DNA of 64,000 nucleotides, taken from Vicinamibacterales bacterium. GTDB taxonomy: Bacteria > Acidobacteriota > Vicinamibacteria > Vicinamibacterales > UBA8438. Of the stretch, positions 1 to 9,366 are shown in pieces. Location: positions 1,413,583-1,477,582 of the forward strand of contig OZ253543.1 in NCBI GenBank assembly GCA_965262555.1, written 5' to 3'. A program made the position numbers and the translations under genes. Under the pieces are notes generated by a model. It saw only the letters and a list, made by a program, of their open reading frames with translations. It was not told the DNA's origin and did not search any database. Position 1 is the first letter of the stretch. Each line of letters begins with the position of its first letter.

Positions 1-638
1 ACGAATGGATCGGCGTGATGCGCGATGCACACCGCGCCGGGGTCCGGACGACGGCGACGATGATGTACGGCACCGTCGAGACCCTTGAGGAGCGGCTCGA
101 GCACCTGCTCCGGATTCGCGCGTTGCAGGACGAGACGGGTGGCTTCACGGCGTTCATTACCTGGAGCTTCCAGCCGGACCATACCGAGCTGGCGGAACGC
201 CAGCCGATCGACACCGCGACCTGCGTCGAGTACCTCCGCACGCTGGCGCTGGCGCGGCTCGTCCTCGATAACGTCGACAACCTGCAGGCCTCCTGGGTGA
301 CGCAGGGGGGGAAGGTGGGGCAGTTGAGCCTCGCGTACGGCGCGAACGACATGGGGAGCGTGATGATCGAGGAGAACGTCGTTCGCGCTGCCGGCGCCGC
401 CTACTGCATGGACGAGGTTGAGATCGTCCGGAATATTGAGGATGCCGGCTTCGTGCCGAAGCGGCGCGACATGGAGTACCGGGTGCTTGGCGATCCGTTC
501 TTCCGCGAACAGGCGGTGCCGCGGATGACCGAGCTCGCCACGGCGCGCGCGCCGGGTGACGACTCCGTGCCGGCCGAACTGGACCGCTACGAGGCGCGGA
601 GCCGAAGCGGGAAGCAGCAGCGCCCCGGCGCGTCGTGA
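1..638 (+). CDS. Radical-SAM menaquinone (futalosine pathway) enzyme, MqnE/MqnC family, C-terminal part (5' end outside the window)
   Basis: The frame is open from nt 3. The translation (TATMMYGTVETLEERLEHL...GGFTAFITWSFQPDHTEL...LQASWVTQGGKVGQLSLAYGANDMGSVMIEENVV) matches my memory of the C-terminal half of aminofutalosine synthase or cyclic dehypoxanthine futalosine synthase. There is a GTGA overlap with the next gene. Confidence 0.75.
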   Translation, partial: EWIGVMRDAHRAGVRTTATMMYGTVETLEERLEHLLRIRALQDETGGFTAFITWSFQPDHTELAERQPIDTATCVEYLRTLALARLVLDNVDNLQASWVTQGGKVGQLSLAYGANDMGSVMIEENVVRAAGAAYCMDEVEIVRNIEDAGFVPKRRDMEYRVLGDPFFREQAVPRMTELATARAPGDDSVPAELDRYEARSRSGKQQRPGAS

Positions 639-1879
639 GCGGTCCGGCGCTGGTCGTTCGGTACCGCGCCCGCTGGGTCCTGCCGGTCATCGCGCCACCG
701 ATCCGTGACGGTTGGGTGGACGTCGATGTGGGCGGCACTGTCATCCGCACGGTCGGTGGCGCCGACGGCACATCGTCCGGTCGTCCGCGTACCGAGATCG
801 ACCTGGGCAACGTTGCGCTCCTCCCCGGCCTGGTGAACGCCCACACCCACCTCGAGTTGTCAGGTCATCGCGAAACCGCCCCGCCGGCGCCGTCGATGCC
901 TGTGTGGGCGCGGACACTGGTGGAACGGGTCGCGGCCGGCGGCGGTATCCGCGCGGACGCGATCCCGGACGCCATCGCGCAGGCCCATGCCGCCGGCACC
1001 ATCCTGATGGGCGACATCGGCAACACGCTGGCGGCGCTTCCCGCGCTCGACGCCGCGCCGATCGATGCGGTGCTGTTTGAGGAGCAGATCGGGTTCGACA
1101 TCGCGCCGGGCGACGCCGAGGCGATCGCCGACCGCATGGCCGAGCGGATCGCGGCTCGGCCGGCCGGCGCCGCGGGCGAGCGCGCGACGCTGCGCGCCGC
1201 GGCGCACGCGCCGTTTTCCGTGTCGCCGGCGCTCTTTCGTTCGCTCGCGACACGCGTGCCCGGTCCGCGATCCGTTCACTTGGCAGAGTCGGCCGAGGAG
1301 CTCCAGTTTCTCCGCGACGGCAGCGGCCCGTGGCGGGATCTGCTCGAGGTGCGCGGCCGGTGGGATCCGGGGTGGCAGCCGCCCGGGACCGGGCCGGTCG
1401 AGTACCTCGACCGACTCGGGTGGCTGCGGCACGACACGCTCGTCGTCCATGGGGTGCAACTGGAACTGGACGAGCTGGAGCGGTTGCGTGATGCCGGTGC
1501 GACGCTCGTCACCTGTCCGCGGAGCAACAGATGGACCGGCGCCGGCGTGCCGCCGGTGGCGGACTTCTATGCGTCGGGCGTCCGTGTGGCGGTCGGCACC
1601 GACAGCCTGGCGAGTGCGCCCGACCTCAATCTGTTCGGAGAGCTGGCCGAGCTCCACCGGTTGGCGCCGGCGGTGCCGGCATCCCGACTGCTTCGGAGCG
1701 CGACGCTCGACGGCGCCACGGCGCTCGGACGGAGTGCGGCGCTGGGCGCCATCGTACCGGGGCGCCGGGCGGCGCTGCTGGCGGTCGAGCTGCCCGGAGC
1801 GTTGGATGATGTGGAACAATACTTGGTGAGCGGGATTGATCCGGCGCAGGCCGCCTGGGTTCCCACACACGCATGCTGA
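635..1879 (+). CDS. Amidohydrolase-family protein (chlorohydrolase / aminodeoxyfutalosine deaminase-like)
   Basis: It has the metal-binding motif LLPGLVNAHTHLELS near the N-terminus and VAVGTDSLAS near the C-terminus. It sits inside the mqn cluster and overlaps both neighbours (GTGA and ATGCTGA). Confidence 0.75.
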   Translation: MSGPALVVRYRARWVLPVIAPPIRDGWVDVDVGGTVIRTVGGADGTSSGRPRTEIDLGNVALLPGLVNAHTHLELSGHRETAPPAPSMPVWARTLVERVAAGGGIRADAIPDAIAQAHAAGTILMGDIGNTLAALPALDAAPIDAVLFEEQIGFDIAPGDAEAIADRMAERIAARPAGAAGERATLRAAAHAPFSVSPALFRSLATRVPGPRSVHLAESAEELQFLRDGSGPWRDLLEVRGRWDPGWQPPGTGPVEYLDRLGWLRHDTLVVHGVQLELDELERLRDAGATLVTCPRSNRWTGAGVPPVADFYASGVRVAVGTDSLASAPDLNLFGELAELHRLAPAVPASRLLRSATLDGATALGRSAALGAIVPGRRAALLAVELPGALDDVEQYLVSGIDPAQAAWVPTHAC

Positions 1880-2730
1880 CGCGACTCCGCACCTGGGCAT
1901 CGTTCGTTCGGTTCAGCCACACCATCTTCGCGCTGCCGTTCGCGCTGACCGGGGCGCTGCTGGCGGGGCAGACGGCAGAACTCACCTGGGCGCGCGCCGG
2001 CTGGATTGTGATCGCGATGTTCACGGCCCGGACCGCGGCGATGGCCTTCAATCGCCTGGTGGATGCCCGCTTCGACGCCCTCAACCCGAGGACGACCGGA
2101 CGGGAGATTCCACGCGGCCTGGTGTCGCGGACCGAGGCGGGAGCGATTGCGGTCGTCGCGTCGCTCGCGTTCGTCGCCTCCACGTATCCGCTCGGCATGC
2201 TGTGCTTCACGCTGTCGCCGGTCGCACTGGCGATCGTCTTCTGGTACTCCCTCGCGAAGCGGTACACGACATATACGCAACTCTTTCTCGGCCTTGCGCT
2301 GGCGGTGGCGCCGGTGGGCGGATGGCTGGCCGCCGGGGGCCCGTTCTTCGCCTGGCAGCCATGGCTGCTCGCGTTGGCGACCGCCCTGTGGGTGGCGGGA
2401 TTCGACGTGATCTACGCCTGCGAGGATCTCGACTTCGATCGCCGCACCGGACTGCGGTCGATTCCGGCGCGGTTCGGCGTCGCTCGGGCGCTCCGTCTGT
2501 CGCGTCTGTTCCACGCCGTGGCGGTTGGCGCGCTCGCGTCGCTCGCCTGGCTGGCGCCGCTCGGCCTAATCTACCTGGCTGGCGTGGCGGGCGTCGCGTT
2601 GCTCCTGGCGTACGAACAGTCGCTCGTCAGTCCGACCGATCTGTCGCGTGTCAAGCAGGCGTTCGATCTCAACGGCTACGTCGGCATGCTGTACTTGGCC
2701 GCCACCGCTGCAGCGCTCCACGTTGGCTAG
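1873..2730 (+). CDS. UbiA-family polyprenyltransferase (MqnP-like, 4-hydroxybenzoate/1,4-dihydroxy-6-naphthoate prenyltransferase)
   Basis: This is a multi-TM protein with an N-terminus (FVRFSHTIFALPFALTGALLA) and motifs (NRLVDARFDALNPRT, DVIYACEDLDFDRRTGLRSIP) typical of UbiA prenyltransferases. Confidence 0.85.
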   Translation: MLTRLRTWASFVRFSHTIFALPFALTGALLAGQTAELTWARAGWIVIAMFTARTAAMAFNRLVDARFDALNPRTTGREIPRGLVSRTEAGAIAVVASLAFVASTYPLGMLCFTLSPVALAIVFWYSLAKRYTTYTQLFLGLALAVAPVGGWLAAGGPFFAWQPWLLALATALWVAGFDVIYACEDLDFDRRTGLRSIPARFGVARALRLSRLFHAVAVGALASLAWLAPLGLIYLAGVAGVALLLAYEQSLVSPTDLSRVKQAFDLNGYVGMLYLAATAAALHVG

Positions 2731-2737
2731 ACAGACG

Positions 2738-3364
2738 ATGGCAGGTCGGCCTCGGCGCGTCGCGTTCGGTATCACCGGGGCGAGCGGCGCACTCTACGCG
2801 GTCCGGACGCTCGCGGCGCTCGTCGATGCGGGTGCGGAGATCGAACTGGTGGTGTCGGAGTACGGGCGCCGGCTGCTGCACGACGAGTTGGGCGCCGATG
2901 CCGCGGTCGAGCGCCTGCCGGCGCACCTGGTGTCGCGCTATGGAGTCGCCACGCCGCCGGACCATGCCTTCGTCGTCCACCGGAATCGGGACGTCGGCGC
3001 GTCCATCGCCAGTGGTAGTCATCCGTGCGACGCGATGGTGATCGTCCCCTGTTCGATGAAGACGCTCGCGGGTGTTGCGCACGGGCTGTCGCGCAACCTG
3101 ATCGAGCGCGCCGCCGACGTGATACTGAAGGAGCGACGGCGACTGGTGATCGTCCCGCGCGAGACACCGATGAGCCTTCCGCAACTGCGCAACCTGGTGC
3201 TCTGCGCCGAGGCAGGTGCGCACGTGCTGCCCGCCATGCCCGCCTACTACCAGCAGCCGCGCACCCTGGACGATCTGGCCGACTTCATGGCAGGCAAGAT
3301 CCTGTCGGCGCTCGACATCGAGCACCAGCTCTATCCCGCCTGGACCGGGTCAGCGGGCGGGTGA
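2738..3364 (+). CDS. ubiX: Flavin prenyltransferase UbiX
   Basis: The match rests on RVAFGITGASGALYAVRTL...MVIVPCSMKTLAGVAHG...VIVPRETPMS. I chose the ATG at 2738 because the longer ORF from 2648 overlaps the prenyltransferase gene. Confidence 0.9.
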   Translation: MAGRPRRVAFGITGASGALYAVRTLAALVDAGAEIELVVSEYGRRLLHDELGADAAVERLPAHLVSRYGVATPPDHAFVVHRNRDVGASIASGSHPCDAMVIVPCSMKTLAGVAHGLSRNLIERAADVILKERRRLVIVPRETPMSLPQLRNLVLCAEAGAHVLPAMPAYYQQPRTLDDLADFMAGKILSALDIEHQLYPAWTGSAGG

Positions 3365-4119
3365 CTGACGGCGCGGTGGATCGGGCGGGGGCGGAACCGT
3401 CCGTTGACAGGACGCCGGCGCGGATCGCCGGGATGTTCGATGCGATCGCGGGACGGTACGACCTGCTGAACCACCTGCTGAGCGCCGGTCTGGATCGCCG
3501 CTGGCGAACGCGCGCCGTCGAGGCGCTCGCGCTGACAGGCGACGAGACGGTGCTGGATGGCTGCACCGGTACGGCGGATCTCGCCATCGCGCTGGCCGCC
3601 GGGGTGCGCGGTGCGCCGGGTGCATCCCGCGTGGTGGGCATCGACTTCGCCGGCGCGATGCTCGAGCGGGGTCGGTCGAAACGGGACGCCGGTCGTCTGA
3701 GCGGTCGCGTGCACCTGGTCCGCGCCGACGCGACGCGTGTCCCGCTGCCGGACGGCTCGGTCGACGCCGCCACGATCGCCTTCGGCATCCGCAACGTGGC
3801 GGATCCGGACCTGGCGCTGGCCGAGTTGCACCGAGTGGTTCGTCCCGGTGGCCGGGTGGCGATCCTGGAGTTCGGCATGCCGCGGACGCCCGGCCTGCGG
3901 CGGCTCTATGCCTGGTACTTCCGGCAGGTGCTTCCCAGGATCGGACAGCTGATCTCCCGGCACGACAGCGCGTACGCCTACCTGCCGGCGTCGGTTGGCG
4001 AGTTCCCCAGCGGCGCCCTGTTCGCCCGCCGTCTGGAGCAGGCGGGCTTCATCCGCGCCGCGGCCCGACCGTTGCACCTGGGCATCGTCTACCTCTATAC
4101 CGCGGCCCGACCGGGATGA
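3361..4119 (+). CDS. ubiE: Demethylmenaquinone/ubiquinone C-methyltransferase (UbiE/MenG)
   Basis: The match rests on MFDAIAGRYDLLNHLLSAGLDRRWR...VLDGCTGTADLA...FGIRNV...VLRPGGRVAILEF. A GTG start at 3361 overlaps the ubiX stop. The longer ORF from 3025 is an out-of-frame overlap with ubiX. Confidence 0.85.
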   Translation: MTDGAVDRAGAEPSVDRTPARIAGMFDAIAGRYDLLNHLLSAGLDRRWRTRAVEALALTGDETVLDGCTGTADLAIALAAGVRGAPGASRVVGIDFAGAMLERGRSKRDAGRLSGRVHLVRADATRVPLPDGSVDAATIAFGIRNVADPDLALAELHRVVRPGGRVAILEFGMPRTPGLRRLYAWYFRQVLPRIGQLISRHDSAYAYLPASVGEFPSGALFARRLEQAGFIRAAARPLHLGIVYLYTAARPG

Positions 4120-4188
4120 TGCCCACCCCGACGGGACGGGGCGGCTATACTCTCTCAAGGAGGCTGGCGAGCCCCGTCCGGCTGCATC

Positions 4189-5328
4189 ATGTTCTTCGAC
4201 TTCGAGGACCGACACTTCGAGACGCCGGGACTCGAGTCGGCGATGTCGTGGCGGGAGCAGGTGCTGCTCTCGCTCTTCCTTCACCTCGCCGTTCTGGCGC
4301 TCGCCATCTTCATCCCGCAGCTCGACTTCGTCCGGGCGGCGCAGGAGCGGCGGGCGGCGCGCCTCGTGGAGTTGGGCGAACAGGAGGCTCAGGCCATGGC
4401 GCAGGCACGCGCCGCCTCCGACGAGCCCACCTTCGTCTTCATCGCGCCGCGCGTCGAGATCGAGCCGCGCGAGGACCCGCGCCCCGACGCCCCGCTGTCT
4501 GACCGTGACCGTGTGGCGCAGTCGCCCGGTGCCGCGGACGATCCAACCAACCCGCTCCCGAATGCCGACGGCAACTCGTCCAACTTCGTTATCAACGAGG
4601 ACCCGCAGCGGGGCCTGAATCCCGATCCGGACGGCCGGACGGCTGACGCGGAAGAGATCGCGCCGATCGACGACCCGGTCGCCGACACCGAGGTGGCGGA
4701 GGTCACCGCGGGCGCCGAGGGGACCTCGGATGAGGCCGACGGTGGGGATGAGGGGGAGACGGAGCTGGCAGAGGCGGACCGTCTGGAGTCGGAACTGGCG
4801 GAGGCGGCTGGCGCCGGGTCACTGCAGGTGCCGGGCGTGGCGGATCGCGAGCGCGGTGCCGGGACGGATGATCCGGATCCGATCGACCCGGCCGACGATC
4901 GGCAGGCCGACGGCCTGCTTGGACGAGCCCTGCAGAACCTCGACCGGTACGCGCTGCGCGAGAGTTTCATGAACCGCAAGGGAGACACCGGCCGGTACGG
5001 ACCGGAGATCCAGTTCGATTCCCGAGGCGCCGAGTTCGGCCCCTGGATCCGACGCTTCATCGCGCAGGTCCGGCGCAACTGGTTTGTGCCGTATGCCATC
5101 ATGTCGCGCTCACTGCACGGGAACGTCGCCCTGACGTTCTTCGTGAATCGGGACGGATCGATCACCGAGCTGCAGGTGATCAGCCCGGCGGCGCTCGACG
5201 CGTTCACCAACTCGGCATTCAACGCGCTCGCGACGTCCAACCCGACCCAGCCGCTGCCGGACGACTATCCGGGCGACCGCTGTTTCTTCACCGTGACGTT
5301 CTATTTCAACGAGTCGCCACCCGTCTGA
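4189..5328 (+). CDS. TonB-family protein (N-terminal TM anchor, acidic/Pro-rich linker, TonB C-terminal domain)
   Basis: It has one TM segment (VLLSLFLHLAVLALAIFIP) and a long D/E/P/A-rich linker. The C-terminus (NWFVPYAI...GNVALTFFVNRDGSITELQVISP...FNALATSNPTQPLP) resembles the TonB_C fold. Confidence 0.7.
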   Translation: MFFDFEDRHFETPGLESAMSWREQVLLSLFLHLAVLALAIFIPQLDFVRAAQERRAARLVELGEQEAQAMAQARAASDEPTFVFIAPRVEIEPREDPRPDAPLSDRDRVAQSPGAADDPTNPLPNADGNSSNFVINEDPQRGLNPDPDGRTADAEEIAPIDDPVADTEVAEVTAGAEGTSDEADGGDEGETELAEADRLESELAEAAGAGSLQVPGVADRERGAGTDDPDPIDPADDRQADGLLGRALQNLDRYALRESFMNRKGDTGRYGPEIQFDSRGAEFGPWIRRFIAQVRRNWFVPYAIMSRSLHGNVALTFFVNRDGSITELQVISPAALDAFTNSAFNALATSNPTQPLPDDYPGDRCFFTVTFYFNESPPV

Positions 5329-5425
5329 CGCCCGGACAGAGGCCGTTCATGCCGCTGCCGACCCGTGCGCAACTGATCGGCTGGCTGTTGCTGCTGGCCG
5401 TGATGGTGGTCTGGATCCTGTACCG

Positions 5426-6394
5426 GTGGTCATGACCGGCGCGGGGCGTTCCCGCCTGATCGCCATCGTTGGCGCGACCACCTCCGGAAAGAGCACACTG
5501 GCCGTGGCAGTGGCGCAGCGGATCGGCGGGGAGGTGGTGAGTTGCGATTCGACCGCGGTCTACCGCGGCTTCGACATCGGCACCGACAAGCCGCCGCGCG
5601 CGGCGCGCCGCGGTGTGCCGCACCACCTGATCGATGTCGCCGAGCCGGTGGAACGCTATTCGGCCGCGCGGTACGCCCGCGAGGCGTCGGCGGCGGTGCG
5701 GGCGATCACTGACCGGGGACGCACGCCGATCCTGGCGGGCGGCACCGGCCTCTACTACCGGGCGCTGACGCGGGGGCTGTTCGACGGTCCCGGCCGGGAC
5801 GACGCGCTCCGCGTCCGGCTCGAACGGATCGCCGATCGCTGCGGCGATGCCTGGCTGCACCGGATGGTCGCGCGCCTCGACCCGCCGTCGGCGCTGCGCA
5901 TTCAACCACGCGACCGGAAGCGGCTGATCCGGGCCCTCGAGGTGTACTTCGTGACCGGCCGTTCGCTGACCGATCACTTCGCCGACACCCGCCCGCCGCT
6001 CGGGGAGTACGACTTGGTGACGCTTGGGTTGCGGACGGCGCCGGAGGAAACGGCGCGCCGCGTCGCGGCGCGGGTCAGTCGTCAGTTCGACGGCGGACTG
6101 CTCGACGAGATCCGGTCCCTGCTCGCCGCGGGAGTGCCCCGGTCGGCGCATCCGTTCGGTGGGCTGGTCTACCGCCAGGCCCTCGAACATCTGAACGGGA
6201 CGCGCGACGAAGCGGCCACGCGCGCGCTGATTGCGCAGGAGAACCGCCGCTACGCGCGTCGTCAGGTGATCTGGTTCCGGAAGGAGCCGGACGTGCACTG
6301 GCTAGCGCACCCGGGCGATCACCCGGCGGCGCTCGACGAGGCGTTGGCGCGGGTCGGCAGTCTGGAGACGACACGAAGGGTGCGTAGCGCATGA
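5426..6394 (+). CDS. miaA: tRNA dimethylallyltransferase MiaA
   Basis: The match rests on LIAIVGATTSGKSTLAVAVAQRIGGEVVSCDSTAVYRGFDIGTDKP...HHLIDV. The start may be the ATG at 5432 instead of the GTG at 5426. Confidence 0.9.
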   Translation: MVMTGAGRSRLIAIVGATTSGKSTLAVAVAQRIGGEVVSCDSTAVYRGFDIGTDKPPRAARRGVPHHLIDVAEPVERYSAARYAREASAAVRAITDRGRTPILAGGTGLYYRALTRGLFDGPGRDDALRVRLERIADRCGDAWLHRMVARLDPPSALRIQPRDRKRLIRALEVYFVTGRSLTDHFADTRPPLGEYDLVTLGLRTAPEETARRVAARVSRQFDGGLLDEIRSLLAAGVPRSAHPFGGLVYRQALEHLNGTRDEAATRALIAQENRRYARRQVIWFRKEPDVHWLAHPGDHPAALDEALARVGSLETTRRVRSA

Positions 6395-7467
6395 CGATCG
6401 CGCAGGAGTCCATGCTTCGGGTGCAGCTCGAAGCGCGTGAGGAAGAAACGCTGGCGCCGGCGGCGGCGTTCAGCAGCCGGACGCGCGGGCGGCAGCGGGC
6501 GGAGCCGGAGGATCCGGTCCGCCCGGCGTTCCAGCGCGACCGGGACCGGATTCTCCATTCGAAGGCGTTCCGTCGCCTGAAGCACAAGACGCAGGTATTC
6601 CTCGCCCCGGCGGGCGATCACTACCGGACGCGGCTGACGCACACCCTTGAGGTGTCGCAGATTGCCCGTACGATCGCGAAGGCGCTCCGGCTGAACGAGG
6701 AGTTGACCGAGGCGATCGCGCTGGGACACGACCTGGGCCACACGCCGTTCGGGCACACCGGCGAACGCGTGCTGCAGTTGCTCTGTCCGGGCGGTTTCAT
6801 CCACTACGAGCAGAGCCTTCGGGTGGTGGATGTGATCGAGCATGACGGCGACGGGCTGAACCTCACCTGGGAAGTGCGCGACGGCATCGCCCGGCATTCG
6901 AAGGGGAAGGAGGGGCTGCCGGTCGGCGCGCCGCCCGATCAGCGCTCGGCGACCCTCGAGGGGCAGGTGGCCCGCGTCGCCGACATCATCGCCTATGTCA
7001 ACCATGACATCGACGACGCAGTCCGCGCTGGGTTGCTGCAGGTGGAGGACCTGCCGGCGGGGACGCGCGCGGTGCTGGGGCACAGCTCGTCGGAGCGGAT
7101 CGGCCGGATGGTGACCGACGTGGTTCACCAGACGCGGGAGCGGCTCGACGATGCCGCGCCGGAGGTGGTGATGAGCCAGCCGATCCTGCAGGCGACCGTT
7201 GATCTCCGGTCGTTCCTCCACGCGGCCGTCTACGAGAGCGATGCTGCCGCCGGCGAACTCCGGAAGGCCCATGACATCCTGGCGGGCCTCTGGAAGAAGG
7301 TTCGGGAGGAGCCGGACCGGTTCCTCGACCGCCGCACGCTGGAGCGGGATGGCCTTGATGTCGCCGCGAAGGACTTCCTGGCCGGCATGACCGACCGGTA
7401 TGCCGTCGGGCTGTTCGAGGAGCTGTTCATCCCGCGTCCCTGGGGCGGGCGGGCCTGGGGCACCTGA
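6391..7467 (+). CDS. dGTPase-like HD-domain phosphohydrolase
   Basis: The match rests on RDRDRILHSKAFRRLKHKTQVF...DHYRTRLTHTLEVSQIARTIA...LGHDLGHTPFGH. There is an ATGA overlap with miaA. Confidence 0.85.
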   Translation: MTIAQESMLRVQLEAREEETLAPAAAFSSRTRGRQRAEPEDPVRPAFQRDRDRILHSKAFRRLKHKTQVFLAPAGDHYRTRLTHTLEVSQIARTIAKALRLNEELTEAIALGHDLGHTPFGHTGERVLQLLCPGGFIHYEQSLRVVDVIEHDGDGLNLTWEVRDGIARHSKGKEGLPVGAPPDQRSATLEGQVARVADIIAYVNHDIDDAVRAGLLQVEDLPAGTRAVLGHSSSERIGRMVTDVVHQTRERLDDAAPEVVMSQPILQATVDLRSFLHAAVYESDAAAGELRKAHDILAGLWKKVREEPDRFLDRRTLERDGLDVAAKDFLAGMTDRYAVGLFEELFIPRPWGGRAWGT

Positions 7468-7537
7468 CACCGCATAGCGGGGCTGGCGCTGGAGATGGTA
7501 GAATGGTGGGTTCTGTCACCGGGGGTGGATACTAACC

Positions 7538-8134
7538 ATGCAGCAACGGTCGCACACCGGGGAGTCAACCTCCTCCGATGTTTCGACGCTGCTCGATCTG
7601 CATCTCGTGCGCGGGTCGATCGAACCGCTGGGGCGCTCGTTCCCGGCGCCGGTATTCGGTGCGGATGGGGACGAGTACGCCGTGGCTGCTCCGGTCGTCC
7701 TGACGCTCCGGGTGGTCAAGGATGGCGACCGCTACCGGCTGTCAGGCCGCCTCGCTACGACAGTGCGACGGAGCTGCGGCCGGTGTCTGAAGCCGTTCGA
7801 CGTGCCGACGGCGCTCGACATCGACGTGCGGTACCATCCGCAACGGGTGAACACCGGTGAGGGCGAGTACGAGGTCGCCGACGACGATCTGTCGATCGCG
7901 TACTACCGGGACGATCACATTGATCTGGGTGACTTGGTCCGTGAACAGCTCCGGCTGGCGGCGCCGATGAAGCCACTCTGTGACGAGGCCTGCCGCGGCC
8001 TCTGTCCGGTCTGCGGGACGAACTGGAACGAGGCGCCTTGTAACTGCGACACCGCGTGGCAGGACCCCCGCTTCGACGCGCTCCGGACGTCCCGGGTGGC
8101 GAAGGCGGAGCCCGCACCGGGCAGGAGGAACTGA
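7538..8134 (+). CDS. yceD: YceD/DUF177 family protein (23S rRNA accumulation protein)
   Basis: It has the C-terminal Cys cluster CDEACRGLCPVCGTNWNEAPCNC. It occupies the conserved position immediately upstream of rpmF-plsX. Confidence 0.8.
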   Translation: MQQRSHTGESTSSDVSTLLDLHLVRGSIEPLGRSFPAPVFGADGDEYAVAAPVVLTLRVVKDGDRYRLSGRLATTVRRSCGRCLKPFDVPTALDIDVRYHPQRVNTGEGEYEVADDDLSIAYYRDDHIDLGDLVREQLRLAAPMKPLCDEACRGLCPVCGTNWNEAPCNCDTAWQDPRFDALRTSRVAKAEPAPGRRN

Positions 8135-8138
8135 TCCG

Positions 8139-8321
8139 ATGGCAAATCCGAAGCGACGACAGTCAAAGACGCGTACCGCAAAGCGCAGGGCCCACGATGC
8201 CCTGACGCCGGTCGGCCTGAAGGAGTGTCCGCAGTGCCACGAACTGCAACCTCCGCACCTGGTCTGCCCGCACTGCGGCCACTACAAGGGACGCCAGGTC
8301 CGATCGGTCAAGGAATCATAG
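8139..8321 (+). CDS. rpmF: 50S ribosomal protein L32
   Basis: The translation is MANPKRRQSKTRTAKRRAHDAL...CPQCHELQPPHLVCPHCGHYKG. The ATG at 8139 lies within the longer ORF 7980..8321. Confidence 0.9.
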   Translation: MANPKRRQSKTRTAKRRAHDALTPVGLKECPQCHELQPPHLVCPHCGHYKGRQVRSVKES

Positions 8322-8334
8322 CCGCCCGGGCAGG

Positions 8335-9366
8335 ATGCGCGCGGACAGGATGCGGATTGCCGTTGATGCCGTGGGGGGGGACCACGGGCCACGCAACGTG
8401 GTGGCCGGGGCCCTTGTCGCAGCCCGTCATCTTGGCTTCGGCCTGACCCTGATCGGCCCCAGAGGGGTCATCGACGATGAACTGCGCGGTCACGCCGAAG
8501 CTGACTCGGTCGACCTGCAGGTGGTGCCGGCACCCGACGTGATCGGCATGCACGAAGGACCGGCGGCGCTGCGGCGCAAGCCGGGCGCGTCGGTCCGCGT
8601 GGCGGCCGAGACGGTCGCCCGAGGCGACGCCGCCGCCTTCTTCAGCGCGGGCAACACCGGCGCAACGCTGGTCGCGGCGCACAACGCGTTCGGCATGCTG
8701 CCGGGCGTCGATCGTCCGGCGCTCGCCGTCCGGATTCCGACCCGCCGGGCAGATGCGGTGCTGCTCGACGTCGGCGCAACCGTCGAGAGCCGTCCGCACC
8801 ATCTCGTGCAGTTCGCCGGCATGGGAACGGTCTTCGCGGAGGTGGTGCTCGGCATCGACAGGCCAGCGATCGGCCTGCTGTCGATTGGTGAGGAGGCGAC
8901 AAAGGGGAATGACCTGACGCGCGACGCCCACCAGCGGCTGCAGCAGAGCGGTCTGCGGTTCATCGGGAACGTGGAAGCGCGCGACCTGTATGCCGGTGCG
9001 GCGGACGTGATCGTCTGCGACGGGTTTACCGGCAACGTCACGCTCAAGGTCAGCGAAGGACTGGTCGAGATGGTTGAGGCGCTGCTGCATGACGAGTTGC
9101 GCCGGACGTTCTCCACCTCGCTCGGCTACCTGCTGTCGCGCCGGGCGTTACGCCGATTCCGGCGCCGCGTCGACTACTCGGAGTATGGCGGCGCGCCGTT
9201 GCTCGGCGTCGCCCGGTTGGCCATGGTGGGCCACGGCCGGTCATCAGTCAAGGCGGTCCGCAACGCGCTGGCGCTCACCTACCGCTTCGTCCGACAGGAT
9301 CTCGTCCGGACCATCGGCAAACGGATGGAGGCGCCGGCGCCGCACGCCTCGGGGCGGGCCTCATGA
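8335..9366 (+). CDS. plsX: Phosphate acyltransferase PlsX
   Basis: The match rests on RIAVDAVGGDHGP...SAGNTGA...VCDGFTGNVTLK...YGGAPLLGV. Confidence 0.9.
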   Translation: MRADRMRIAVDAVGGDHGPRNVVAGALVAARHLGFGLTLIGPRGVIDDELRGHAEADSVDLQVVPAPDVIGMHEGPAALRRKPGASVRVAAETVARGDAAAFFSAGNTGATLVAAHNAFGMLPGVDRPALAVRIPTRRADAVLLDVGATVESRPHHLVQFAGMGTVFAEVVLGIDRPAIGLLSIGEEATKGNDLTRDAHQRLQQSGLRFIGNVEARDLYAGAADVIVCDGFTGNVTLKVSEGLVEMVEALLHDELRRTFSTSLGYLLSRRALRRFRRRVDYSEYGGAPLLGVARLAMVGHGRSSVKAVRNALALTYRFVRQDLVRTIGKRMEAPAPHASGRAS

